Below, piece after piece: positions 39,533-49,087 of a stretch of DNA of 64,000 nucleotides; position 1 is the stretch's first letter; every line of letters starts with the position of its first letter. This DNA is from an uncultured Parachlamydiaceae bacterium. GTDB taxonomy: Bacteria > Chlamydiota > Chlamydiia > Chlamydiales > Parachlamydiaceae. The notes beneath the pieces were generated by a model that worked only from the letters and a program-made list of their open reading frames with translations, made no database searches and was not told where the DNA came from. Both the position numbers and the translations under genes were made by a program. The stretch covers positions 1 through 64,000 of the forward strand of contig CAVULX010000001.1 in NCBI GenBank assembly GCA_963742415.1, in the 5' to 3' direction.

Positions 39533-39946
39533 CTATACCGAACGGTATAAAGTTGAAACCTCTCCATCCCGATAAAGCCATTGTTGATTTAACTTTTCAA
39601 ATCGACTTTTTTCTTGGAAAGAGACATCTCTTCCTTGTTGACTAAGGAAAGCGATAAACGTGACATAACCAACTTCCTCCTTCTCAGAAAAGTCTAAAAT
39701 TTCTAGCTTTTGAAAATCTGTTTTTTCACAGAAGTCTAAAATATCACCCTTCCACGCCTCTTTGTTTGTAGTAAACGCAGGATTTTTGGGATGGCTTGTG
39801 TGGATGATATATTCGGGATTTTTCAAGGCAAAAGCACTGTAACGGGAGCGCATTAAATCCAAAGAAGTCGGAGCTAAAAGTCCATCATGATATTTTTTGC
39901 AGCAATCCTGGTACGATTTTCCTGTTCCACAAGGACATAATATCAT
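39533..39946 (-). CDS. YchJ family SEC-C motif protein
   Basis: CPCGTGKSYQDCC, LMRSRYSAF, EKSRF...WLYRDG. Confidence 0.9.
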   Translation of the reverse strand: MILCPCGTGKSYQDCCKKYHDGLLAPTSLDLMRSRYSAFALKNPEYIIHTSHPKNPAFTTNKEAWKGDILDFCEKTDFQKLEILDFSEKEEVGYVTFIAFLSQQGRDVSFQEKSRFEKLNQQWLYRDGEVSTLYRSV

Positions 39947-40023
39947 AAAAGCCTCTTTAAGTCTTATCCTAATTTCGCTACGATGTCATCATTCAAACTC
40001 TGGTTTAAATAGGGTAACAGAAG

Positions 40024-40992
40024 ATGGATAAAAATCCAACTCAAACGGGAGTTCTCCTTGTTAATTTAGGAACACCCAATTCCCCTCTTCCCGCCGATGT
40101 CAAACGTTACCTCATTGAGTTTTTAACCGATCCTCATGTCATCGACACCCCCTGGCTTTGGCGGCAAATCCTCGTACGGAGTTTTATCGTCCCTAACAGA
40201 TATAAACAATCTGCTGCAAGCTATGCGGCCATCTGGACACCTCAAGGTTCCCCTTTATATGTATACGGATGTAGAGTTAAGCAGGAACTACAAAATCTCC
40301 TCGGACACAATTTTTTTGTCGAGCTTTCAATGCGATATGGAAATCCTTCAATTGCAGAAGGGCTAACCAAATTGCTGAAAAAACCTCTCGATAGCTTAAT
40401 TGTCCTCCCCCTATTTCCCCAATTTGCCTCTGCAACAACGGGTTCAATTTATGTTTCCGTTATAGATTTTTTAAAAAGGCGGCCTATTCTTCCCCGTTTG
40501 ACCTTCATCGATCAGTTTGCTGCCCATCCCTCGTTCATTAATGCCTTAAGCCAGCAAGCCAAAAAATACCCCCTTGGAACTTACGACCACATCTTATTCA
40601 GTTATCACGGCTTGCCCGAGAGGCACATCAAAAAAGCCAATCTCTATGGGTGCTTGCAAAGCGATCAGTGCTGCCAAAACATTTCAACACAGAATAAAGG
40701 GTGTTATTCCGCTCAATGTTATGCAACTACCAATGCCTTAGCAAAAACCTTAGGTTTGTCCAGTGAAGCTTATAGCATTTGCTTTCAGTCCCGCCTCGGG
40801 AAAGATTCTTGGCTGCAGCCCTACGCCAGCGACACCATTAAAGCCTTAGCCAAAAAAGGAAAAAAGAAAATCTTAGTGTTTTGCCCCTCTTTTGTTTGCG
40901 ACTGCTTGGAAACTCTCTATGAAATCGGCGTGGAATATGCTCAAGAATTTAAGCATCATGGGGGGAACAGCTGCATCTTGCCGAAGCATTAA
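40024..40992 (+). CDS. hemH: Ferrochelatase; C-terminus probably frameshifted
   Basis: GVLLVNLGTP, MRYGNPSI, FSYHGLP, FQSRLG..WLQP, FVCDCLETLYEI. Confidence 0.93.
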   Translation: MDKNPTQTGVLLVNLGTPNSPLPADVKRYLIEFLTDPHVIDTPWLWRQILVRSFIVPNRYKQSAASYAAIWTPQGSPLYVYGCRVKQELQNLLGHNFFVELSMRYGNPSIAEGLTKLLKKPLDSLIVLPLFPQFASATTGSIYVSVIDFLKRRPILPRLTFIDQFAAHPSFINALSQQAKKYPLGTYDHILFSYHGLPERHIKKANLYGCLQSDQCCQNISTQNKGCYSAQCYATTNALAKTLGLSSEAYSICFQSRLGKDSWLQPYASDTIKALAKKGKKKILVFCPSFVCDCLETLYEIGVEYAQEFKHHGGNSCILPKH

Positions 40993-41040
40993 ACGACCAT
41001 CCCCATTGGATCCATGCCTTAAAAGAAATCATTATAACAT

Positions 41041-41070
41041 AAAGCCCATGCCAATCAGCATGGGCTTTTT
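41041..41070. terminator. Probable bidirectional intrinsic terminator
   Basis: aaagcccatgc-caatca-gcatgggcttttt between convergent genes. Confidence 0.8.
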
Positions 41071-41101
41071 CTAATCTATGTAATATTAGATAGTACTAGT
41101 C

Positions 41102-41824
41102 TTAATAGACCCTCACTTTCTTTCTCGTAGCGACCCAGCAGCAAACAAGAAGAAAGCTAGCCATAATCATGTATGTAGAAGGTTCTGGAACAAACACGTC
41201 AGGTCTCGAAATTTGAGCAAATAAAGTAGCTGTATTCGATTGATTTTCAACAGTGCTGAACTGTTGTAAAAGGGACCCATTTGGAGTCGTTTTGAATCCA
41301 ATAAGTCCAATCGTATAATCGACGCCGCCGATGTTAAAAACGGTCGATTGAGCGACATTGTTTACGAATGTCACTAAATCATTACAACAATTAGGATCTT
41401 GCGGAGTAGGAATGTTTGGGGTTTCGTCATGCAAAAAATGATAGGTACCCGAAAATGAGACCACTGTACCGTTAATATCCAACATGGCAGATACATTCAA
41501 ATCAACTGAAGTCAAGGCATTTCCTGTAATAGGAAAGTTAAGATGGGTAAACGTGCCGAGATCAAAAGGGGTATCTAAAGCAAGGTTATTTTGAGGAGCA
41601 TCTCCTGTAAACACATAACCGCTATTCCCCGAGCCGCCGGCAGGATTTCCCCAATGGATTTCATTTGTTCCTCCCCCGCTAAAATTCGTTGGAGGCGATC
41701 CATTGCTCGTCGCATTATTCCATACTCCCGAAACACTAGTCAAATCGATAGTGTCGGCAGATAAGTATGGGAACGCGCAGAGTAAAAACATTATAAAACT
41801 ACTTTTTAACAGTTTTGTACTCAT
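41102..41824 (-). CDS. PEP-CTERM protein with a THxN motif
   Basis: Signal peptide; FTHLNFPI; C-terminal VPEPSTY, hydrophobic helix, RKKVR. Confidence 0.85.
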   Translation of the reverse strand: MSTKLLKSSFIMFLLCAFPYLSADTIDLTSVSGVWNNATSNGSPPTNFSGGGTNEIHWGNPAGGSGNSGYVFTGDAPQNNLALDTPFDLGTFTHLNFPITGNALTSVDLNVSAMLDINGTVVSFSGTYHFLHDETPNIPTPQDPNCCNDLVTFVNNVAQSTVFNIGGVDYTIGLIGFKTTPNGSLLQQFSTVENQSNTATLFAQISRPDVFVPEPSTYMIMASFLLVCCWVATRKKVRVY

Positions 41825-42053
41825 AATTCTATTCCTCTGTTTCAATTTGAAACTAACAAAATATCAATTTCGATTTATTTGATTATATCATTTTATAATT
41901 AAATTGTATAATTTGTTTTTTATTTTAGTTTCTTTATATTGAGGCCTTAATTTTAGCTATGAAGTCAAAATTTTGTTAATTTTCTTTGAGAAAAAAGAAT
42001 CGATATGCTATGTTGGAGAAAACGCTCACCAATCATAGAGCGGGTATTAACGA

Positions 42054-42155
42054 ATGAAACGTGCAAAATGCCATAAAAGTCCAATTTTCACGAGTGTCTT
42101 ATCGACACGTACGGCAACGGCAACAACCGGGCGCGGACGCACGTCCACACGTTAA
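42054..42155 (+). CDS. Putative threonine-rich leader peptide (33 aa)
   Basis: Hand translation MKRAKCHKSPIFTSVLSTRTATATTGRGRTSTR*, 8 Thr; ends 111 nt before brnQ. Confidence 0.65.
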   Translation: MKRAKCHKSPIFTSVLSTRTATATTGRGRTSTR

Positions 42156-42266
42156 TTTTTTCCACCCGCTCAAATCTTTTAAGTGTCTCCAGAAAATACA
42201 GGAAAAATTTTAGCAGGTGGGATTTAGGATAGTTAAATTTTTATTATGTTTTTTTGGAGGCTATAA

Positions 42267-43439
42267 ATGTTATCCCGTAAGCAAAACTCTGGCGTATTAG
42301 CAGCCGGCCTGGCATTATTTTCGATGTTTTTTGGCGCCGGCGATCTTCTCTGGCCCCTTATTCTCGGCGGAGAATCAGGAGACCAAAATCTTTTTGCTTT
42401 GCTGGGGCTTTTAATCACGGGAGTCAGCCTCCCTTTATTGGGATTGATAGCGATGATGCTTTTTGAGGGGGATTACCGTACTTTCTTTGGAAGGATCGGC
42501 AAAACCCCTTCAATCCTATTGATCTTTATTATTCAGGTAATCCTAGGTCCAGTTGGCTCCATTCCCCGTTTAATTACACTGTCGCATGCCACTATAAAAC
42601 CCTACTTGCCCGAAGGCTTAACTTTGCCGCTCTTTTGCATTTTGGCTTGCGGCTTAGTTTTGATTTTTTCTCTCAGGCCTCAAAAAGTGGTCAATTTACT
42701 GGGATTAATCCTCACCCCTATTTTATTGATCTCCCTCGGAGCTATTTTGGTGATAGGCTTATATTCCCATCCCGAAGCGCAAAAAGTAGATATCAGCCAG
42801 ATGGGCGCTTTCGCTGGTGGATTAAAAGTAGGTTATAATACTTTAGATCTGATTGCTTCCTTTATCTTCGCACCTCTTGTGGTTTCCCATTTTATTATCG
42901 ACAAAGAAGAACAAGACCAACAAAAAGCGCGGAAACTTGCATTTCAAAAAATGCTCAAAGCGGGGTTGCTTGCTGCATTTTTGCTATCTGTCATGTACAT
43001 TGGTTTAACTTATGTGGCTTCTTATTATGTGCCCTATTTAGATAGCGGCCATAAACCTGAAGAGAGGCTATCGGCTATCTCGATGCTTCTTTTAGGTTCA
43101 AAAGGCGCCTTATTTTCTTGCATCGCAGTCGCTATGACCTGCTTAACATCAGCGATCCCTCTAGTTTCAATCTGCGCAAATTACATCCGGGAAGATATTC
43201 TTCAAAAAAGGGTGGGAATTCTACTTCCGCTCTTAGTGACTTTGCTTATTTCGAGCCTTATAGCCAATTTGGGCTTTATGGGAATTGCTGGCATGCTCTC
43301 CCCCATTTTGCAGATTTTGTGCCCGGGATTGATTATGTTGAGTCTTCTTAATATCGCTCATAAGCTATATGAAACTCATGTTCCCCGTATCCCGGTCTTT
43401 GCGACATTTGCCATTTCCACCATCGGCTATGTCTTTTAA
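42267..43439 (+). CDS. brnQ: BrnQ/LIVCS family amino-acid transporter
   Basis: GLALFSMFFGAGDL, IPR, GYNTLD, CLTSA; polytopic membrane protein. Confidence 0.9.
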   Translation: MLSRKQNSGVLAAGLALFSMFFGAGDLLWPLILGGESGDQNLFALLGLLITGVSLPLLGLIAMMLFEGDYRTFFGRIGKTPSILLIFIIQVILGPVGSIPRLITLSHATIKPYLPEGLTLPLFCILACGLVLIFSLRPQKVVNLLGLILTPILLISLGAILVIGLYSHPEAQKVDISQMGAFAGGLKVGYNTLDLIASFIFAPLVVSHFIIDKEEQDQQKARKLAFQKMLKAGLLAAFLLSVMYIGLTYVASYYVPYLDSGHKPEERLSAISMLLLGSKGALFSCIAVAMTCLTSAIPLVSICANYIREDILQKRVGILLPLLVTLLISSLIANLGFMGIAGMLSPILQILCPGLIMLSLLNIAHKLYETHVPRIPVFATFAISTIGYVF

Positions 43440-44596
43440 GGATTGGAAAAAATAAGCCTATCCGGGGCAAGACCGAGAAGAAATTTCTCTATAGGAAGAA
43501 TGGGAAATCCTCGATAATTCTCAGGTCTTGCCACCGGAGCCACAAAAAAGCATTCCGCCTCAGGATATTCCTCTTTAAAGGCGAGCATCCCCCTCACATC
43601 ATCGGGGCCTAAATTGCAAGAGCGCTTAACTTCTATAGCCCAAAAGCCTGTGGGTCCATAAATCACAAAATCGACCTCCAATTTAGTCTGGGTGCGCCAA
43701 AAAGACAAAGAGTGGGGTTCATGTTGAGCCAACACCCACGAACGCAAATGCTGAGCAATAAGTCCCTCAAGGGCTAAACCCTCAATTTCTTGCGAGTTGT
43801 CTAAAATTCCCCTCGGCCGCAATATTCGATAAACACCTGGATCGAAGAAATAAAACTTTTGATGTGAAACTAGCCGACGCTTAGCTCTACGAGCAAAAAC
43901 TGGCAAAGAAAAAGCTAAAAATAAATCCTCCAAGATTTGAAGGTAATTATCCACAGTAGATCTTTTGACACTAGATTCACGGCTGATGTCTGCTGTTGTC
44001 CAAAGCGAGGCATGGCTAAAGCTGGCAACTTCCAGAAATCGGGCAAAATCACCAATTTGCCTAACTAGCCCCTCTGCATGCACCTCTTCTTTTAAATAAA
44101 GGGAAAAGTAATTTTTTAAGCGCTCTTCCGGATCGGAAGAACTCCAAATAAGGGGGATCAATCCTGTCTGCAACGCTTTTTCAATGGAAAATTCGGGACC
44201 TAATTCTGAAGCAAGAAAAGGCCCCATTTGGCGCATTAAAGCACGCCCGCCTAAAAGATCGCTCACTGACCGGCGCAGTTTTCGTGTACTGCTTCCAGTC
44301 ATAATGAATTGAATCTCTTTTTGCTGCTCAATTAAAGCGTGGATTTCCGGAAGTAGCCTAGGAACTCGTTGAATTTCATCTAATATAAGGACCGAACCAG
44401 GAGGCAACGAATTTGCAACATCTCTTATCCGCTCGGGATAACTGCTAAATCTCCGCTCCTCCTCTCCAAGCAAAAGATCAATCCGCGTCGCATCGGGATA
44501 ATGATGTAAGAGCCATGTGGATTTTCCTGTCCCTCTAGGGCCTAAAAGAAAATAGCTGCCCTTAGGAGGGATCATATTTCTTGGAATGTATTTCAT
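43436..44596 (-). CDS. AAA ATPase with C-terminal DUF4143 / PD-(D/E)XK-like domain
   Basis: GPRGTGKS, ILDEIQ, TGSS, KFYFFDPG, FWRT...EVDFV...AIEVK. Confidence 0.9.
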   Translation of the reverse strand: MKYIPRNMIPPKGSYFLLGPRGTGKSTWLLHHYPDATRIDLLLGEEERRFSSYPERIRDVANSLPPGSVLILDEIQRVPRLLPEIHALIEQQKEIQFIMTGSSTRKLRRSVSDLLGGRALMRQMGPFLASELGPEFSIEKALQTGLIPLIWSSSDPEERLKNYFSLYLKEEVHAEGLVRQIGDFARFLEVASFSHASLWTTADISRESSVKRSTVDNYLQILEDLFLAFSLPVFARRAKRRLVSHQKFYFFDPGVYRILRPRGILDNSQEIEGLALEGLIAQHLRSWVLAQHEPHSLSFWRTQTKLEVDFVIYGPTGFWAIEVKRSCNLGPDDVRGMLAFKEEYPEAECFFVAPVARPENYRGFPILPIEKFLLGLAPDRLIFSNP

Positions 44597-44639
44597 ATGC
44601 ACTTTGAAATTTTATTTTTTAATATAGCAAGAAAATGTG

Positions 44640-44754
44640 AATTTTACAATGAAAAATGCCAACGCAAATCCCATTTTCCAATGTAAAATGCCAACTTCGA
44701 TCCCATTTTACATTGGAAAATGCCAAAATAGACGGCATTTTGCATTGCAAATAG
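44640..44754. promoter_or_regulatory. Array of four ~19-bp palindromic boxes with an exact 32-bp period
   Basis: ATTTT-nCAwTGn-AAAATG-type boxes start at 44641, 44673, 44705, 44737. Confidence 0.7.
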
Positions 44755-44788
44755 ACTATTATAACGCCACTATAACGCCACACTTTTA

Positions 44789-45196
44789 TTATTCTTTAAC
44801 AACTGCAATGCAAGATATCTCAATACGTGCGCCGAGAGGGAGGTCCGCCACTTGAATTGTTTGACGCGCCGGGGCTACTTGACCAGTGAACCATTGGGCA
44901 TATTCCTCATTCATGGAGGTAAAATCTTGTTTTAAATCTTTAAGGAAAACATCGGTGCGCACCACATCATGCAAATTGCTTCCCCCAGCTTTTAAAATAG
45001 CTTCGAGATTCAGGATGACCCGTCTGGTTAAAAGCTTGATCTCCCCTTCCATCAGTTTGCCGTTGGACGGGTCAATGGGAAGCATTCCTGAAACAAAAAT
45101 GAGCTTTTGACCTCCTAAGGAAGTGACGTAAACACCTTGAGAATAAGGACCTAAAGCTTTAGGGGCTTCTGTTGTTTCTATTCTATTTAAACCCAT
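44789..45196 (-). CDS. ridA: RidA family enamine/imine deaminase
   Basis: APKALGPYSQG, FVSGMLP, MNEEYA, PARQTIQV..LP.GA.IEISCIA. Confidence 0.9.
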   Translation of the reverse strand: MGLNRIETTEAPKALGPYSQGVYVTSLGGQKLIFVSGMLPIDPSNGKLMEGEIKLLTRRVILNLEAILKAGGSNLHDVVRTDVFLKDLKQDFTSMNEEYAQWFTGQVAPARQTIQVADLPLGARIEISCIAVVKE

Positions 45197-45340
45197 TTTC
45201 TTCCCTCCATTTTTTCCCTATTTTCATCCATCTGCTTCTATCTTTTCATCTAGATTCTTCCCTCTTTTCTTTACACAAGCAACAAGTGACTAATTTTAAG
45301 TGGGTTGCTCAAAATCCCCTTTTCAGGTATAGTCAGCTCT

Positions 45341-47122
45341 ATGTATTCCCAACGTCTTCCTACAAATTTAACTTCTTTTTTTTATTACTTTATCAAAAAG
45401 CAATGGATCCTCTTTGCGGCTATCCAATTCTTTAGCCTTAGTTGGTCTATCGATCACACTTTTTGGCCTTACATCTTGATGCTTTTTATCGATGCAATCA
45501 CCACTTTCGCCGGAGATAAGGCCGCTGTTTGGTCCTATTTGTCCACCCCAGTTATTTTAGGGGTTTCTTTGTGGATTACCGTGGAAATTTCCGCCCGCGC
45601 ATCGGGCATTTTACTTGCGAAAGCTTTGCCCCGTTTGGAAGCGGACATCAGAATGTCGATGTTTAATTATGTTCAACGCCACTCCTATACCTATTTTAGC
45701 GATCACTTTGCCGGCAGCATTGCAAATAAAATCTCCGACATGACCCAAAGTTTTTCCCGTATTGTCCAATTGGTCGTGCAACTCTTTGTCCCTGTTGTCG
45801 TTGCTTTATCTATTTCGGTGATTTTGTTTTATCGAGTTCAACCCTATTTTGCTTTGATTTTGATGGCCTATATTATACTGCAAGGCCTGATTTCTATCCT
45901 TTTTTCAAGTCGATGCGCCCGATACTCCGATATCCACGCCGAATCCCGTAGCACATTGGCCGGAAAAATCGTCGACACCCTAACTAATATCAATGCAGTC
46001 CGCCTTTTTTCACGCTACAAGAATGAGTCCCAATATCTCTCCCACTTTCAAAATGATGAAAGAAAGAAAAACTGGGATTCACTGTGGTACATCGAAAAAA
46101 TGAAGTTTGCTTTTGGGATCACCACGTTTCTCCTCACCGGTCTAGCCATGAATTGGTATATGATTTATAGCTGGCAACAAGGCCGCCTTACAACCGGTGA
46201 AGTGGTCTTTATTTTCAATACGACTTGGAATATGACGATGATGATGTGGGTGGCCTCCCTCGAACTCCCAACGCTCTATAAAGAAATCGGGGTTTGCAAA
46301 CAAGCCCTTTCCATCATTAAAAGCTCTCATGAAATTGCTGACATTCCCGAGGCTAAGCCTCTTAAAATCACACGCGGAGAAATTGTCTTTGAAGATGTCA
46401 CCTTCCATTACCTTCCGGCCTATAACATCTTTGAAAACAAAAATATCACGATCAACGCGGGGGAAAAAGTGGGCCTTGTGGGCTTCTCCGGCTCTGGAAA
46501 ATCAACCTTTGTCCATCTGATCCTTCGCTATTTCGATGTCGAGCAAGGGCGTATTCTGATCGATGGACAAGACATCACCGAAGTGTCTCAAGACTCTTTA
46601 AGGGAACAAATCGCTTTCATTCCTCAGGATGCCTCCCTATTCCACCGTTCACTGATGGATAATATTCGATATGGAAAACCGGAAGCCACCGATGAAGAGG
46701 TCTACACCGCTTCAACCCAAGCACATTGTGAAGAATTTGTCGAACGGATGCCGGGAGGTTACCAAGCCCTCGTAGGAGAAAGAGGGGTTAAACTTTCTGG
46801 AGGGCAGCGGCAAAGGATCGCCATCTCCAGAGCTTTGTTAAAAAATGCCCCTATTTTGATCCTTGACGAAGCCACCTCTGCTTTAGATTCGATCACCGAA
46901 AAGCTCATCCAAAATGGTTTGCGGGACCTCATGCAAGGGCGCACTTCGATCGTGATCGCTCATCGTCTTTCTACCTTGTCCGATATGGACCGCATTTTAG
47001 TTTTCCATGAAGGGCAAATTATTGAAGAGGGAACCCATGAAGAGCTGTTAGCTGCCGGGGGCCACTATGCACAAATGTGGCATATGCAAGCTGGCGGCTT
47101 CCTACCGGACACTCATATTTAA
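45341..47122 (+). CDS. ABC exporter, fused permease and ATPase
   Basis: TM domain; GFSGSGKS, LSGGQRQR, ILDEATS, IAHRLST. Alternative start at 45305. Confidence 0.92.
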   Translation: MYSQRLPTNLTSFFYYFIKKQWILFAAIQFFSLSWSIDHTFWPYILMLFIDAITTFAGDKAAVWSYLSTPVILGVSLWITVEISARASGILLAKALPRLEADIRMSMFNYVQRHSYTYFSDHFAGSIANKISDMTQSFSRIVQLVVQLFVPVVVALSISVILFYRVQPYFALILMAYIILQGLISILFSSRCARYSDIHAESRSTLAGKIVDTLTNINAVRLFSRYKNESQYLSHFQNDERKKNWDSLWYIEKMKFAFGITTFLLTGLAMNWYMIYSWQQGRLTTGEVVFIFNTTWNMTMMMWVASLELPTLYKEIGVCKQALSIIKSSHEIADIPEAKPLKITRGEIVFEDVTFHYLPAYNIFENKNITINAGEKVGLVGFSGSGKSTFVHLILRYFDVEQGRILIDGQDITEVSQDSLREQIAFIPQDASLFHRSLMDNIRYGKPEATDEEVYTASTQAHCEEFVERMPGGYQALVGERGVKLSGGQRQRIAISRALLKNAPILILDEATSALDSITEKLIQNGLRDLMQGRTSIVIAHRLSTLSDMDRILVFHEGQIIEEGTHEELLAAGGHYAQMWHMQAGGFLPDTHI

Positions 47123-47189
47123 AATTTTAATTTGACAATATCCTGCTTCGTTTACGATAGTGCCAATTACTCAACGAAGGGGGATCACT

Positions 47190-48194
47190 ATGTCATGGTT
47201 CAAAACAAAATTTATCAATGATGACAAGCTGCCTCTTGTCATTGAACCAACTGATCCCCATATTCCAACAGATCAATTTCTTGATTTGGCCGCTTCTAAC
47301 AAAAAACAATTTCAAGATTTTATTTTGAGCTACGGAGGGGTCTTATTCCGCGGTTTCCCCCTTCATCACCACGATCATTTTGCGGCTCTGATCAAAAATT
47401 TAGGGACAGGAAAGTTTCTCGATTATATTGGCGGAGACAGCCCGAGGAATAAAATTACGGATGGGATCTACACTTCGACAGAAGCTCCTCCATCGATTAA
47501 GATCCCGCTGCACAACGAATTGTCTTTTGTGAAATACCATCCCAAACACATTTACTTTTTCTGTGAATACCCCTCGCCAGAAGGGGGGGAAACCATTGTG
47601 GCTGATGCCAGAAAAGTATACGATTCGATCGACCCATCTGTAAAAAAACGGTTTATCGAGAAAAGTTTAAAATATGTCTCTTGTTACTATTACCAAAGTA
47701 AAGTAATGGAGCTTCTCAACCAACTGCAACCCTCCCATAAGTCATGGATTCAAGTTTTTGAAACGGAAGATAAGCGGGAAGTGGAAAAAAAATGCCGAGA
47801 AAATGAATTTGGGTTTAAATGGAATCACGACGATTGGCTTCAGATCCAACAGATTCGCCCAGCTATCTCGCAGCATCCTAAGACTAAGGAAACCGTCTGG
47901 TTTAACCAAGCGCATTTGTTTGATTTTAATCCACGATTGCTGGGCTGGTCTCGGTATATTGGAGCCAAACTGTTTTATTATCGCCCGTATACAAGGCTTC
48001 ATGAAGTCTTTTTTGCCGATGGAACACAAATTCCGCGCGAAGACATTTATCATATCCTCGATATGCTCAATAAGAATACCATAGCGTTTCCATGGGAAAA
48101 GGGAGACGTCTTGGCGTTGGATAACATCTTAGCCATGCATGGAAGAAATACTTTCACCGGAAAGCGGCGCATCTTAGCTGCGATGACAGGCTAA
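47190..48194 (+). CDS. TauD/TfdA-family (SyrP-like) Fe/2OG dioxygenase
   Basis: YGGVLFRGF, LHNELS, GGETIVAD, WFNQAH, DNILAMHGR. Confidence 0.9.
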   Translation: MSWFKTKFINDDKLPLVIEPTDPHIPTDQFLDLAASNKKQFQDFILSYGGVLFRGFPLHHHDHFAALIKNLGTGKFLDYIGGDSPRNKITDGIYTSTEAPPSIKIPLHNELSFVKYHPKHIYFFCEYPSPEGGETIVADARKVYDSIDPSVKKRFIEKSLKYVSCYYYQSKVMELLNQLQPSHKSWIQVFETEDKREVEKKCRENEFGFKWNHDDWLQIQQIRPAISQHPKTKETVWFNQAHLFDFNPRLLGWSRYIGAKLFYYRPYTRLHEVFFADGTQIPREDIYHILDMLNKNTIAFPWEKGDVLALDNILAMHGRNTFTGKRRILAAMTG

Positions 48195-48227
48195 GAATTT
48201 GAGTTTTGGTTATTACCACTCTGGTTG

Positions 48228-48389
48228 CTAAACAGCTTGATAACCAAAAATGAGGGAAAGTAAAAAGAGAACGAGAAAAATGAAAAACAAAATTTTGGCA
48301 ATTTGTGTTGCTGTTCCCGCAATTCCCCCAAAGCCAAGAACCCCGGCAATGATGGCGATTACCAAAAAAATCAAAGCCCATGTTAGCAT
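48228..48389 (-). CDS. DUF1328/UPF0391 small membrane protein
   Basis: Hand translation [62 protein letters not shown]. Confidence 0.88.
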   Translation of the reverse strand: MLTWALIFLVIAIIAGVLGFGGIAGTATQIAKILFFIFLVLFLLSLIFGYQAV

Positions 48390-48526
48390 AGCGGCCTCCT
48401 ATTTTTTCTCAAAATAATAAGAATTTGATAACTCGTCAATAAAATATTTTAAAAACTTAATGTCACCCCTCCCGAAAGCTCCCCTTTTTCTTGTTTCTTA
48501 TTGGAAAAATTATTTATATTAAAAAT

Positions 48527-49087
48527 ATGCAAGAGAAACCTGAAGAAAATTTGGAAAAAACTCCTGATCGCCCTTTAGAATGCAGCGAATGCAAAAAGCC
48601 CATCTCTGTCTATTACACAGAAATCGTTGGTCATAACATAACCCATACTTGCATGTGCGCCGATTGTCCAGAGCTTCAACGAAGGTTGAGAGGGACACCC
48701 CCTGTGCCCTCCCTTGGAGCCATCACAGAACCCGGCGGTGGTTTAGCCTGTGGTAATTGCGGAACGACATTAGAAGCTGTCCGAGTAGGAGCCCGTTTAG
48801 GATGCAGCGAATGCTACAGTGTGTTCGAAGATGTCCTTCTAGCTGAGTTGCTTGCCCTTGGGAAAATCCCGGCCCGCTTATCTACGGTAAAAAAGTCCCT
48901 CCCTTTCCACCTTGGGAGAACCCCCGGTGAAATCCTAGAAATTAATCCCTCTTTGAGGTTGCTAGCTCTTAATGAAGCGTTGAGTGAAACTTTAAAACGG
49001 GAAGATTATGAACAGGCCGCTTGGCTTAGAGACCAAATAAAAGCCTTGACCGAGAATGTGGAGAAAACGGATGAAGGAAAACGGTAA
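48527..49087 (+). CDS. mcsA: McsA-like protein (CxxC motifs plus UVR domain)
   Basis: CSEC, CADC, CGNC, LGCSECY, EDYEQAAWLRDQI. Confidence 0.9.
   Translation: MQEKPEENLEKTPDRPLECSECKKPISVYYTEIVGHNITHTCMCADCPELQRRLRGTPPVPSLGAITEPGGGLACGNCGTTLEAVRVGARLGCSECYSVFEDVLLAELLALGKIPARLSTVKKSLPFHLGRTPGEILEINPSLRLLALNEALSETLKREDYEQAAWLRDQIKALTENVEKTDEGKR

Noticed and set aside
44640-44754. Mini CRISPR array
   Set aside because: The 32-bp period leaves linkers of only ~13 nt that resemble each other; no cas genes in the window.
47132-47158. Sigma66 promoter TTGACA...TACGAT
   Set aside because: The spacer is only 15 nt; too weak to call.
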